Shown: positions 37,631 through 47,971, numbered from the stretch's first letter. The stretch is 64,000 nucleotides of DNA from Pseudomonadota bacterium (GCA_043821645.1 JBDRCO010000003.1:160001-224000); one strand, 5' to 3'. The notes: generated by a model not told the origin, from the letters alone. Translations and numbers: made by a program.

Positions 37631-39238
37631 TCACTGCACCTGCCAGCTCTCTGGAAGCCGGATCGCATAGTGCAGCTCGACCGCTCCGGTGGCGCCTGGC
37701 TCCACCGGTACCTTCCAGCTCACAAAGCCGCGATGGGCGTCGAGGGAGAACCTGGCCGTGGTCTTCTTGCGGTCCAGGTCGACCTTGACCTCGTCGACCT
37801 TGCTGATGGGGATACGCTCGCGGACCTCGATGCTGGCACGCTTGGCCGCGCGGCTGCTCAGCTCGACGCGGTAGGCCTGCTCGATGTTCTTGCTGGTCAG
37901 GATCAACCCGCGACTGCGCGAGCGGTCCAGCAGCTCGATGCGCTCGACCTTGAACTCCTCGTCGATGCTCATGGAGAGTTCCATGGGTTCGCCCGAGGCG
38001 CGGTACTCCAGGGCCGTGTCGCCGACGTAGGTGCCGTGGCGGTACATGTGCAGGACCCCCGGGAGCAGCGGATAGGGAGCCGGGTTGTCGAGCTTGATGA
38101 CCTGGTACACATAAGGTGACAGCTTGGGCACGGTGACCAGCGAGGCTGTTGCCTTGGCCCGGGTGGTGTCGACGGGAAACCAGTAGGGCCGACCTTCTGC
38201 GCGCACGGTGATACGCCTGGGCAGGGTCAGCACGAAGGACTGGCCGCGGTCGTCCAGCTCGGCGGACCGGGCCTGGCTGGCCTGGACCTGGCTGCCGGCG
38301 TGCAGCTGCTCGCGGCGCTCGGCGCCCTGCACCAGCACCTTCTGCTTGCTGGCCTCGCCTCCGTCCACCCACAGCTGTGCAGGTCGTGGAGCCTCGGATC
38401 CGAGCCGGGGCCTCGCCGTGGACAGCAGGATGCGCGCCTGCTCCCAGTCCTCGCCTGTGGCCTGCTGGATCACCGCGCCCACGGTGAGCTCGGCCTGACC
38501 CGCGCCGACCTTGCTAGCTCCCGAGGGGGTGAAGCGCAGATCGTACTCGGGGTGCCAGGTGGCACCACCGATGACGTAGGTGAGGTCGACCTGGGCCTCG
38601 GCCTGCCCGCCACAGCGCACCGCCACCTCGGCCAGCCTGGCCTCGGCCACGTCCTGGGCCCCGTGGTGGTCGAGGCGACGTTGCAGCACGCTGCGCTTGC
38701 GCTGCAGCTCGCGTTCCTGCTGGAACAGGTCACGCTCGCCATTCACCCGGGCCAGTCTATCGCGCCGGACGCTGTCGAGGACGTCGCCCCAGCGCTTGGC
38801 CTCGGGGCGCGCAGCGCGCAGCTCCTCGGACCACAGGTCTGCGAAGTAGCCCGTGTAGGCCGTGAGCGCACGCTCGCGATCTTGCAGCACGGCGCGGCGA
38901 TCCGCGATCTCGGCGAGAGCTCTGTCCAGTGCGCGGATCTCCTGCCGCAACTCGCGCACCTTCAGGTCCGCGTCCTCTTCCAATGGGTGTACCCGACTGG
39001 TCACACCGAGGGCCTCGGCCTTGCCCGCGGCGCTGGCGCGCAAGGTGCGCACATCGAGCTCGGATGGAAGACCCGGGAAGGCGACGCTGGCGACGTCACC
39101 CTGGCAAGGCGCGCTGCTGCGTCTTGTCACCTCGGCGCGATCCGCGAACACCACCACCTGCTCGACGCGGGAGCTGGCAGCCTCTTTCGGGGCGGCGCCC
39201 AGGACAGCCAGCAAGGAGAGAGCGAGATATGCCTGCAT
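37631..39238 (-). CDS. DUF4140/DUF4139 (MuiA-like) exported protein
   Basis: Signal peptide; 'VVVFADRAEVTR', coiled coil, 'ATWHPEYDLR', 'QATGEDW....LSTA'. Confidence 0.88.
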   Translation of the reverse strand: MQAYLALSLLAVLGAAPKEAASSRVEQVVVFADRAEVTRRSSAPCQGDVASVAFPGLPSELDVRTLRASAAGKAEALGVTSRVHPLEEDADLKVRELRQEIRALDRALAEIADRRAVLQDRERALTAYTGYFADLWSEELRAARPEAKRWGDVLDSVRRDRLARVNGERDLFQQERELQRKRSVLQRRLDHHGAQDVAEARLAEVAVRCGGQAEAQVDLTYVIGGATWHPEYDLRFTPSGASKVGAGQAELTVGAVIQQATGEDWEQARILLSTARPRLGSEAPRPAQLWVDGGEASKQKVLVQGAERREQLHAGSQVQASQARSAELDDRGQSFVLTLPRRITVRAEGRPYWFPVDTTRAKATASLVTVPKLSPYVYQVIKLDNPAPYPLLPGVLHMYRHGTYVGDTALEYRASGEPMELSMSIDEEFKVERIELLDRSRSRGLILTSKNIEQAYRVELSSRAAKRASIEVRERIPISKVDEVKVDLDRKKTTARFSLDAHRGFVSWKVPVEPGATGAVELHYAIRLPESWQVQ

Positions 39239-39247
39239 GGTGTCCTC

Positions 39248-41305
39248 CTAGCGTTGCCGCAGCTGCCAGTCCGGTGGCCGCTTGATGCTGTACGTGAAGG
39301 TCACCACCTGCGTCTTTTTGGGCGGCACGTTCAGGTGCCAGCGCAGCCGCCCCTTGGCGTCGGGTTTGTCGGCGAGCGCCGGCTGGGCCTGCTCCAGCGC
39401 GACCTCCATCTTGTCGTTGCCGGTCATGGGCAGCACATCGAACACGTCAATGGAGATGGGCCGGGACTTGAAGTTACCGATCTCGATGCGCGTGGTGTAA
39501 GCCGTGACCTCGTCCTTGATCAAGATCCCCGTGCTCTTGGTCTGGGCGGTCACGTGGTGAATCACGCGGATGTCCTCGTCGGCACCCAGGGGCAGGGTCA
39601 GGGATCCCCCGGGGCCCGTGGTCTGCAGCTGGCCCTCGCTGGTGAAGGCGCCGCCCACGAACACGTTGACGGGGCCTCGCAGGATGGGCAGCCGGCCGCC
39701 GTTCTCGACCTTGGCCGACAGGTAAGCCGTGGTGGCCAGGGCGGGCGTGGTCTCGTAGGTCAGGGTGGTCTTGTAGGTCGCGCTGCTCAAGGGGACGCGC
39801 AGGCGCTCTCCGTCGCTGGCCACGGTGGCGCGGGTGCTGGCGCGGTATTCGTAGTCCAGGCCGCCGGCGACCATGGCGGGCAAGGTCACATCGCCGAGGC
39901 GGGGCCTCTGCCAGGTCGTGGGATCGAACAGCGCCAGGGAGGTGGCCGGTGTCCGTGGCTGACGCGAGCGCCGGTTGCTGGCTCGTCCCCCCGAGGGCGC
40001 GCCCTGGGCCAAGGGCGCGTCCGAGAGGGTGGCGAAGGACATGCCTTCTGCCTCACCGGACACGTCCTCCATGTCCATCCTCTCCATCGCCGCAGGCGGA
40101 GGCGGCGGGGCTGCGGGCGCCCGCGACACCGGGCGCGGCTGGGGCAGCGAGCGCGTCGCCACCCCGTCACCCCCCATGATTGAGCTCACGCCGGGCCTCC
40201 TCGCGGATCCGATCCCGGACCCCATCCCCGACTCCGTCGACACGCCCTGGCCCTGCAGCAGCATGGACAGCAAGGTCATGCGCTCCTGCAACGCCTCCTG
40301 CCGAGCCGCGCGCTCCGCCTGAGCCGGGTGCGGTCTGGGGCCGGGTGCGGCAAAGCGCTGGGGTTGGGGCAGGGCGCGCTCGGGGCGCGGACTGGGCATG
40401 AAGTCCTTGCGCTCACCCAGGGTCCAGGTGAGCAGCTCGGGCAGCTCGATGTCCTGGCCTGGCATGCTGGTGGACAGCACCAGCGCCACGTTGTCCCAGG
40501 CCTCGCCGCTGGCCTGTTGCACCTGCCCGGCGGTGTACAGGGTGACGCTGCCGTCGGCCGGCGAGAAGTGAAGATCGTAGGCCGGCCACCAGGCGGCCCC
40601 GGGCACCGAGTACACCAGCTCGAGCTCGACCAGGGCCGCGGCATTCACGTCGACGATGGCCAGCACCTGGTTGCGGCGATCGCTCAAGGCGCCGAGGTCG
40701 TAGCGCGCCACGTCCCGCTGGGCCTTGGCAAAGGCTTCACCGAGTTCCTGGCGCTTCTTGTTCTGTGCGCGCAGCACCTCCTGCACAGCAGCCTGCCGCG
40801 TCGCCAGAAAGTCCAGGCTCCCCATCCACCCGGAGACCACCAGGGGAGGCTGGGGTTTGCCCACGCGCTCCTGCTCGGGCACGGCGGTCTTGGGGGAGGC
40901 GCGGCGAAGCAGGCCCAGCTCGGCCTGAAACACCGCCTGCTCCGCGTCCAGGCGGGCCAGCTGGTCCGAGATGCCCTCGAGCTGGGTGACCAGGGTATCG
41001 ACCTGCTCGATGGACATGCGCTCGCGCTCAACGGGCGCGATCTCCACCCGCAGCACCTGGCCGCGCGCGGCAGACACGTGCACCGTGTTGAGCAGGGTGG
41101 CGCCCGGCAGATCCGGCAGGCGCAGGGCGTGCGGTCCGCGCTCCAGGCGCACCGAACCCCGGCGTCGGATCCGGGCCCGGTCACTGAACACCGTGACCTC
41201 GTCAATGGGCAGTGCCACGGTTCTGGCCTCGTCGGCCAGGTCAGGCCCCGACGACACATCGGGAACCGCGGCGGAGAGCATGGCCGAGAGCAGCAGGCCC
41301 AGCAT
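39248..41305 (-). CDS. DUF4140/DUF4139 (MuiA-like) exported protein, longer paralog
   Basis: 'VTVFSDRARIRR', 'AWWPAYDLH', 'QASGEAW....LSTS'; AGGAGG RBS. Confidence 0.88.
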   Translation of the reverse strand: MLGLLLSAMLSAAVPDVSSGPDLADEARTVALPIDEVTVFSDRARIRRRGSVRLERGPHALRLPDLPGATLLNTVHVSAARGQVLRVEIAPVERERMSIEQVDTLVTQLEGISDQLARLDAEQAVFQAELGLLRRASPKTAVPEQERVGKPQPPLVVSGWMGSLDFLATRQAAVQEVLRAQNKKRQELGEAFAKAQRDVARYDLGALSDRRNQVLAIVDVNAAALVELELVYSVPGAAWWPAYDLHFSPADGSVTLYTAGQVQQASGEAWDNVALVLSTSMPGQDIELPELLTWTLGERKDFMPSPRPERALPQPQRFAAPGPRPHPAQAERAARQEALQERMTLLSMLLQGQGVSTESGMGSGIGSARRPGVSSIMGGDGVATRSLPQPRPVSRAPAAPPPPPAAMERMDMEDVSGEAEGMSFATLSDAPLAQGAPSGGRASNRRSRQPRTPATSLALFDPTTWQRPRLGDVTLPAMVAGGLDYEYRASTRATVASDGERLRVPLSSATYKTTLTYETTPALATTAYLSAKVENGGRLPILRGPVNVFVGGAFTSEGQLQTTGPGGSLTLPLGADEDIRVIHHVTAQTKSTGILIKDEVTAYTTRIEIGNFKSRPISIDVFDVLPMTGNDKMEVALEQAQPALADKPDAKGRLRWHLNVPPKKTQVVTFTYSIKRPPDWQLRQR

Positions 41306-41415
41306 CACACGCACCTCCTGAAGCAGTGCTCGCAGCAGACCGCAACTCGACGGCAGCCGCAAGCGACCTGGAAGCCGGGGCTGTGCGAATGAAACGGATG
41401 GAGGCTGAAACGGGT

Positions 41416-41910
41416 CTAGAAGCGCTTGATCGCGACCTGCACCCGTCCGTCGGTGACGACCTGTTGCTTTTCATCGACGAGCTTGAAAGGCACCCAGCCC
41501 TCGACTTTGCCACTCTCGCTGGTGCGCACGGCTTCGAGGTGATCGATGGTGGCCACGTCGAGCTCGCAGGTGCAATGGATGGTGCCTTTGGCCTTGATCA
41601 AGAAGTTGGTCTCGACGCGCTTGATCACACCGCCGAAAGGACCCATGGGGAAGCGCTGGAATAGCAGCACGCCAACGGTGAGGTCGATGAGGGTCATCTG
41701 CGCGCCGAAGTACATGGTCCCCAGGTGATTGCGGCTCCGCTTGCTGACCGGCATGCTCAGCACGCAGCGCAGGTCCGTACTCTCTTCGACCTTGAGCTTG
41801 AGGCCTCGCGCCAGGGGGATGATCCTGGGCACGATGAGGCGATCGAGCAGGCGGTTGGCAACCAGGGGTGAGTGGCGGCGGATGTGATTGACGACGGTGA
41901 AGGGGTCCAT
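41416..41910 (-). CDS. Hotdog-fold thioesterase-like protein (DUF4442/PaaI)
   Basis: 'RNHLGTMYFGAQMTLID', 'NFLIKAKG'. Confidence 0.8.
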   Translation of the reverse strand: MDPFTVVNHIRRHSPLVANRLLDRLIVPRIIPLARGLKLKVEESTDLRCVLSMPVSKRSRNHLGTMYFGAQMTLIDLTVGVLLFQRFPMGPFGGVIKRVETNFLIKAKGTIHCTCELDVATIDHLEAVRTSESGKVEGWVPFKLVDEKQQVVTDGRVQVAIKRF

Positions 41911-41942
41911 GGGTCAGGATACTAGCTTCTTGACCCGGCGCG

Positions 41943-42206
41943 TCAACGGTTGCGCGACCGGATGCCCCTGACCATCTGCACCACATTGATGAGGGTCAGC
42001 ACACCCATCAAGCTCAGGAACAGGGATCTGCCCATGGGAACGCCAAAGAAGGCAATGCCCCCGCCCTTGTCGAACACGGTCCAGCCCCAGACCGCGACAC
42101 CCACGGTGATGAGCACACCCGCGGCACCACCCAGGATGCGGTTGTACGAGGAGAGTGCGGTGGCGGCGACGAGCGCACCCACCAGCAGCAGCATGGACAT
42201 GCTCAT
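41943..42206 (-). CDS. Small integral membrane protein
   Basis: Three hydrophobic helices; start overlaps upstream stop. Confidence 0.65.
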   Translation of the reverse strand: MSMSMLLLVGALVAATALSSYNRILGGAAGVLITVGVAVWGWTVFDKGGGIAFFGVPMGRSLFLSLMGVLTLINVVQMVRGIRSRNR

Positions 42207-43366
42207 CCCACGCTCCCCGCACTGGGCTTGCTGTCCTCCTCGGGGTCCTTGGCGTCCACGTCCAGGCCACCGGTATCCCCGGTCGAGGCCATCTCCGCAG
42301 CCGTCGCGTCTGCCGTGTCGGCGACCTGCGCGCTGGCGGCCGGCGGGGCCTCACCAGAGCTGCTTTGTTCGACTGCAAGCTCCGGCGCTGCGGCCTGTGC
42401 CGCGGAACTCCCGGCGGCGGATTCCTGGTCCGGGCCAGCGCCGTCCCCCGTGTCGTCGCCGCCTTCGCGGGTGGAACCATCCTCCCGCTCTGCTCGACGG
42501 GGTCGTGGCCTGCGTCGGCGGCGGTGCATCAGTTCTTCCGAGGCGCTGACGATGTCCTGAGCGATGTGCTCGGCCTGGCGCTCGCCTTCCTCTCCTTCTG
42601 CGACCTGGCGTCCGGCAGCCAGGGCGAGTTCGCGACATACCGCTTGATAGCGGCGAGTGATCTCGTCGAGCTTGTCGCTGACGGCCTCGAGCTTGCCGCG
42701 GGCCAGCAGGTGGAGTTTCTCGTTGTTGCTCGCGCGCTTGTAGAAGCGGCGCAGCTCGTCCACGACCTCGGCTGGTAGGGCGTCGAGAGCGATGCGCAGG
42801 TCGGGTGGCGTGCTCTCGGAGCGTGCCTGGGCCGTCTGCGCACGGCTGGCCTCGAGATCGCGCTCGAGTCGCCGGATGGTGTCCTCGAGCTTCGCCGCCT
42901 TGTCCTCGAGTTCGCGCAGTCCGGCGCCGGCCTCCTTGCGGCTCTGGGCCTCGGCCTCGTGCCTGGCTGCCTCGGTCGCGGCCCGGGCCTCGTCCTGCAC
43001 GCGCTGCACGCGCGCCTCGGCTCCCTGCAGGGCGTTGTTCAGCTTCTTGACCTCGTCCTTCAGGCGCTCGACCTCGGCGTTCTGGGGGCCCGCCTCGGCC
43101 TCTCCCTCGTCGTCACCGCGACCACGCTTGCGCTTGAGCTTGCGCACCTGATCGCGTGCTTCGACCAGCTCGGCCCGGCGCTTGCGGTTCTCTTCCTTGA
43201 GCGCACCCAGCTCGGAGCGGGAGGCCTCAAGCTTGCTCTGGAGGTCAGACCGCTCGTCCGACAGCCCGGTCAGGCGCGTCAGATCTCGGCGCCACCAGAA
43301 AAACATCACGCCCGCAGCGATGAGCGAGAGGCTGGCGAAGAAGATCAGCAGCTGGGTCAGTCCCAT
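42203..43366 (-). CDS. Membrane-anchored coiled-coil protein with Arg-rich patch and acidic tail
   Basis: N-terminal TM, long heptad E/K/R/L region; AGGAG RBS. Confidence 0.75.
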   Translation of the reverse strand: MGLTQLLIFFASLSLIAAGVMFFWWRRDLTRLTGLSDERSDLQSKLEASRSELGALKEENRKRRAELVEARDQVRKLKRKRGRGDDEGEAEAGPQNAEVERLKDEVKKLNNALQGAEARVQRVQDEARAATEAARHEAEAQSRKEAGAGLRELEDKAAKLEDTIRRLERDLEASRAQTAQARSESTPPDLRIALDALPAEVVDELRRFYKRASNNEKLHLLARGKLEAVSDKLDEITRRYQAVCRELALAAGRQVAEGEEGERQAEHIAQDIVSASEELMHRRRRRPRPRRAEREDGSTREGGDDTGDGAGPDQESAAGSSAAQAAAPELAVEQSSSGEAPPAASAQVADTADATAAEMASTGDTGGLDVDAKDPEEDSKPSAGSVG

Positions 43367-43420
43367 CGTCGATGCTCCTGTGAAACCCGCAAGGGCCGCA
43401 CTCTCCCTGGTCGTGGGCGC

Positions 43421-45475
43421 TCACGCAAGTGTCGAGCTGTCGTCCTCGGCACTCGTCATCTCGGCCCCCGGAGCGTCCTCGGGACCCGTCGGGCGGCGGC
43501 GTCGACGCCGGCGACGCTTGCGGCGCGTGGCGGGGTCCGCGGGTGCTGCTTCCTCTTCCTGGTCAAAATGGATCTCGGCGTCCGCGGGGAGCGGCCCTCG
43601 CCCGAACAAGGCCTCTTCCAGCGGGTCCGCGAACGCAGGCTCGACCCGGACCTCGGGCTGCGCCGGTGTGACCTTGCCGCGCCGTGACGTCACGGCAGCG
43701 TCGTCGGGGCCGGACACCGTCTCGGTCTCGGCGGCTTCCGGATTTGCCTCGACCGTGGACGGCTGCGCCTTGCCGGACTTGCGACGTCGTCGCCGGCGCT
43801 TCTTGCGGACCTCGGCTGTGCCGGACTCCGGCGGATCGGAGGCTTCGCTGTCGGCGTCCACGGCTTCCTCGGGCTCCTCGTCGTCGTCGAGATCCTCGGT
43901 GGCTGCCAGTGCCAGCGTCAGGGCTGGCAGCGCGGCTTGCTGAACCGACGGAGCCGGAGCCAGCAGCAGGGCCAGCTCGGTGTCGCTCAGGCGACGAGGC
44001 CGCTTGGTCTCGAGATAGCGTGGGGCAGCACCCGGGGCCTCGCTGGCGTGGACGTAGACCTCGACCCCACTGGACTGCTGCAGCTCGACCAGCTCACCCC
44101 GGCGCTGGCTGTTGAGCAGGTTGGCCAGATCCGTCTCGACCACGGCCCGCACCGACGCCACGGCGGCGGCATCCGCGGTGGCGCGCCGGCGAAGCTCGCG
44201 CATCACCTCGCTGGCCCGGGACGCGGGATCACGGATCCGGCCCGAGCCGCCACAGGCGGGGCAGGGGGACGATCCCACGGCGTCATGTGCGCGGCGCAGA
44301 CGCTGGCGCGTCAACTCGAGGGTGCCATTTCGCGAGATGTGTCCGAGCGAGGTCTTGGCCTTGTCGGCCTTGAGAGCATCCTTGAGCGCCTTCTCCACAT
44401 CGCGATCGTGCTTGCGTTGCGCGTGGTCGATGAAGTCGACCACGATGATGCCGCCGAGATCGCGCAGGCGGAGCTGGCGGGCAACCTCCACCGCAGCCTC
44501 GAGGTTGGTCTTGTAAACCGTATCCTCGTGTCCCTTCTCCTTGGTGCTGCGCGCCGAGTTGACGTCGATGGCAACCAGGGCCTCGGTCTGGTCGATGACG
44601 ATCTCTCCCCCCGAGGGCAGCTTGACTATCCGTTCCCAGGTCGAGGCGATGGCGTCCTCGACGCCGTGGGCCGCCAGCAAGGGCGTACTTCCCTGGTACA
44701 GGGTCAGCAGCTGCGACTGTCGTGGCATGGTCGCGTTGAAGAACTCCAGGGCCTCCTGGTACTCGTCCGGGTCGTCGACGAGGATCTGGTCGATGTCCGG
44801 CAGGAGGTAGTCGCGGATGGTGCGCACCACCAGGTCTGGCTCCCGGTACAGCAAGGTCGGGGCGCGCCCGATGCGCGCGGTCTTGTCGACGGACTTCCAG
44901 GTGCGCTGCAGCAGGTTGAGGTCGCGCTGCAGCTCCGTCTTGGTGCGCCCCATGCCGGCGGTGCGCACGATCACTCCCAGGCCCTCGGGGACCTTGAGCT
45001 TGTCGAGGATCTCCCGCGCTTTCTTTCGCTCGTCCTCGTCCTCGATCTTGCGGGAGACACCACCGCGGCCATCTCCCGAGTGCATCAGCACGCAGTAGCG
45101 CCCCGCGATGGACAGGAAGCTGGTCAGGGCCGCACCCTTGTGGCCTATCTCGTCGCGGGTGACCTGGACCACCACCTCGTGCCCTCGCCGGAGTTGCTCG
45201 GCAGAGCGCAGGGGCTCGGTGTTGCCGCTGCGGGATCCGACCACTGCTTCCGGGTGCAACTCGGAAAGCGGCAAGAACCCTTGCTTGCTCGGTCCGAAGT
45301 CAACGAAGGCCGCCGCGAGGGCGCGTTCGACGTTGGCGACGACACCCTTGTAAATGTTGCCCTTGAGGGTGTGCTTCGATTGCACCTCGATGTCGTAATC
45401 GATCAGTCGCCCGTCCTCGACGATGGCCACGCGGGCCTCGTCGGCACAGGTTTCGATGAGTAGTTTCTTGGACAT
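43421..45475 (-). CDS. rne: Ribonuclease E/G family
   Basis: S1 'GNIYKGVV..AAFVDFG', 'IDVNS', 'TNLEAA.EVARQLRLRDLGGIIVVDFID', Zn-link 'CPACGG', Arg-rich disordered tail. Confidence 0.9.
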   Translation of the reverse strand: MSKKLLIETCADEARVAIVEDGRLIDYDIEVQSKHTLKGNIYKGVVANVERALAAAFVDFGPSKQGFLPLSELHPEAVVGSRSGNTEPLRSAEQLRRGHEVVVQVTRDEIGHKGAALTSFLSIAGRYCVLMHSGDGRGGVSRKIEDEDERKKAREILDKLKVPEGLGVIVRTAGMGRTKTELQRDLNLLQRTWKSVDKTARIGRAPTLLYREPDLVVRTIRDYLLPDIDQILVDDPDEYQEALEFFNATMPRQSQLLTLYQGSTPLLAAHGVEDAIASTWERIVKLPSGGEIVIDQTEALVAIDVNSARSTKEKGHEDTVYKTNLEAAVEVARQLRLRDLGGIIVVDFIDHAQRKHDRDVEKALKDALKADKAKTSLGHISRNGTLELTRQRLRRAHDAVGSSPCPACGGSGRIRDPASRASEVMRELRRRATADAAAVASVRAVVETDLANLLNSQRRGELVELQQSSGVEVYVHASEAPGAAPRYLETKRPRRLSDTELALLLAPAPSVQQAALPALTLALAATEDLDDDEEPEEAVDADSEASDPPESGTAEVRKKRRRRRRKSGKAQPSTVEANPEAAETETVSGPDDAAVTSRRGKVTPAQPEVRVEPAFADPLEEALFGRGPLPADAEIHFDQEEEAAPADPATRRKRRRRRRRRPTGPEDAPGAEMTSAEDDSSTLA

Positions 45476-45644
45476 GGTTTCCTGTATGAAGCCGGCGTCT
45501 GCGGGTAAGCGCGCAGCGCATGAAGACGGCGCCGGATCGTGAGTTCGCCCCCCTGCAAGCACGCGCTACGACACAGGCATACAAAGTTCGAGGGGTCACG
45601 GCAAGGGCGGCGTCGACGCTGCGCCTCGCCAGGGCACCCGACCG

Positions 45645-45653
45645 TGGTAAGCT
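45645..45653 (+). promoter_or_regulatory. Extended -10 promoter candidate for the lipoprotein cluster
   Basis: TG-G-TAAGCT ~47 nt before ATG 45701. Confidence 0.4.
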
Positions 45654-45700
45654 GCCCACGGATCGATCCGGCGATAGCGTCGGCATGGCATGGAGGTGAC

Positions 45701-47971
45701 ATGCGGTATCTCACAAGATGGTCGTGGTGCCTTGTGCTCGGAATGCTGGCGGGCTGTCCCGAACCGGTCGAGTCCGTCTGCGAACCGGGGCGGATCACGG
45801 GCTGCCCCTGCTCCAACGGTGTGCGAGGCACACAATCCTGCTACAGCGACGGCAGCGGCTGGAGCAGCTGCGACTGCCGCGCGGATCGGGATTCGGGCAA
45901 CCCGCAGGACGCCATCGCGGGCGATGCCCTGGTCCAGGACGCTGCGGTGACGCGCGATTCGAGCGAGCCGATGGACAGCCTGGTCCTTTTCGACACGGGG
46001 ACCGACGCGGCCACGGTTCTCGACGCTTCACAGCCCTCCGATGCGCAGACGGAAACAGACGCCGCCACGGCGGATGGTGCGCTGCGCCCGGATGGTGCCT
46101 CGACGACGGATGTGGCGACGCCGCAGGATGCAGGAACGGCCACCGATGGTGCCACCGCCATTGACAGTGGCTCGCCCAGTGACACTGGCTCGCCAGCTGA
46201 CGCGATGTCCGTCGACACGGCCTTTGTCCCGGACGCCGGTGGCACCGACGCAGGCATCACGCATCTGACCGTGTATGCCCTCCAGAACACGGCGCTGATG
46301 ACCCATCCTTCCATCGACACCGAGGTCGAACTCAGCGGCGTGGTGGTGACGGCGGTGGATCTGCGGGCACCCACCCTTGGCTTCTGGGTCCAGGAGACCG
46401 CAGGTGGCAAATACAGTGGCATCTACGTCCACAAACCGGCTGCGAATCTTTTCGATCTCTCGACACTCCAGCGCGGGGATGTGGTCTCGGTGCGAGGTCT
46501 GTACACAGAGTACCTGGGCCAGCTTTCGCAGATCGTTCTCGACACGGTCACGGTGACCGGCTCCGTGGCGCCCCTGGCTCCTGTGTGGGCCAGCGATATC
46601 GACAGCGACCCGGAGGCCTGGGAAGGCGTTCTCGTGCGCTTGCAGCCCTCGTGCGAGGTGCAGCTCCTGCTTCAGTATGGAGAGGTGTGGACCAGCTGTG
46701 CGCTCCTGGATGACGAGATCGCAAGCTTCGCCGTCGACGAGGGGCAGAGCTTCGGCTACCTCGATGGCATCTGGAACTACGCCTTTTCTTCTTACCGGTT
46801 GCTGCCCCGCGATGGCATGGATTTCGGGCCTCTGGTCGCGCTGGATGCCGGCACCTACGACGCGAACTGGGACCTCGACGCCTCGCTTGGCCAGGACGCC
46901 AATGTGGGATGCTCCACCATCGCCGATCTGCGTGCGGCGACGCCAGGGCCCGTCAACATGGTGCTGTGTGACGTTCTGGTGACCTACACGCGCACCCTGG
47001 GCTTCTTCGTGCAGGCCGCGGCCTCGGGTCCTGCCGTGTTCGTGTTCCTCAATCCTGCTGCGCAGGGTGTCGTCGCGGGTCACCGAATCTCGCTGCATGT
47101 GACCGAAACCATGGATTTCGAGAACATGCTCGAAGTCACGCAAGGGGCCGTGCTGTCCAACGATCTGCAGATCCACGACGTGCAGGGGAGCCTGCGCCAG
47201 AACATGTCCCTGGGCGCAGGCGTGGCGCCCGGTGAGAGCCTCGAGTCCGAACTGGTGGGGCTCTCGGGCGCGACCGTGGTCAGTGGCAACAACCGCGACT
47301 GGGTCATTCGCTACGGAAGTTCCTCTGTGACAGCGAACTTCTATGCCTACCAGGGCACAGCGGCGGGCCTGTGCGCCGGTGCCACCTTCGATCTGGTGTC
47401 CGGCTACGTCGGGCAGGGCCTGGGAGGCTATTCCATCCGATCTTATCAGGTCGAGGATCTTGCCAATGTCGACACCACCGGTTGCCGCGGATTCGACATG
47501 TCCAACTGGGACTTCGAGGACCATTCGACCTCGCCCATCCCTGACTTCGAGTATCTGACAGGGAGCTTTGTGGTCACGGCGGAGACCGCCAACCCGCACG
47601 GTGGCTCCACCGCCGCGGCCCTGACCTGGACCTCGAGAGACAACCAGGACCTGCGGGCGGGCTACCGCAGCGCCGTCACGGTCTACACCCGCTACACCTG
47701 TCACTTCTGGGTTTATGACGACGACATCGCGGGGCAGGTGCGGGCTTTCATCCACTGGTTTGACGCTTCGGGCGTGTTCCTGGGGTCGTCGTTTCCAGGC
47801 TCGGGGGGCTACAGCATCAACCTGTCGGACTGGCAACAGGTCCAGCACGGCGCCGACGCTCCGGCCGGGGCGGCCTTCATGAGCTGCGGCCTTCGCATGT
47901 ACGACGACACCACGTACTGGGACGGTGACACCACCGTGCTGGTGGACGATCTTTCGCTGACCTCACCCTGA
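45701..47971 (+). CDS. Large lipoprotein: Cys-rich N-terminus, Asp-periodic stalk, OB-fold-like repeats, C-terminal CBM-like domain
   Basis: GGAGG RBS; lipobox LAGC; 'VELSGVVVTAV..GFWVQE..YSGIYV', 'VLVTY..GFFVQ', 'EAWEGVLVRL'/'ESLESELVGL'; 'NWDFE'. Confidence 0.75.
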   Translation: MRYLTRWSWCLVLGMLAGCPEPVESVCEPGRITGCPCSNGVRGTQSCYSDGSGWSSCDCRADRDSGNPQDAIAGDALVQDAAVTRDSSEPMDSLVLFDTGTDAATVLDASQPSDAQTETDAATADGALRPDGASTTDVATPQDAGTATDGATAIDSGSPSDTGSPADAMSVDTAFVPDAGGTDAGITHLTVYALQNTALMTHPSIDTEVELSGVVVTAVDLRAPTLGFWVQETAGGKYSGIYVHKPAANLFDLSTLQRGDVVSVRGLYTEYLGQLSQIVLDTVTVTGSVAPLAPVWASDIDSDPEAWEGVLVRLQPSCEVQLLLQYGEVWTSCALLDDEIASFAVDEGQSFGYLDGIWNYAFSSYRLLPRDGMDFGPLVALDAGTYDANWDLDASLGQDANVGCSTIADLRAATPGPVNMVLCDVLVTYTRTLGFFVQAAASGPAVFVFLNPAAQGVVAGHRISLHVTETMDFENMLEVTQGAVLSNDLQIHDVQGSLRQNMSLGAGVAPGESLESELVGLSGATVVSGNNRDWVIRYGSSSVTANFYAYQGTAAGLCAGATFDLVSGYVGQGLGGYSIRSYQVEDLANVDTTGCRGFDMSNWDFEDHSTSPIPDFEYLTGSFVVTAETANPHGGSTAAALTWTSRDNQDLRAGYRSAVTVYTRYTCHFWVYDDDIAGQVRAFIHWFDASGVFLGSSFPGSGGYSINLSDWQQVQHGADAPAGAAFMSCGLRMYDDTTYWDGDTTVLVDDLSLTSP
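45884..46255 (+). repeat. Cryptic Asp-periodic peptide repeat (D-[AGST]-x2-4)
   Basis: About 23 Asp spaced 4-6 residues apart over ~124 aa. Confidence 0.7.
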
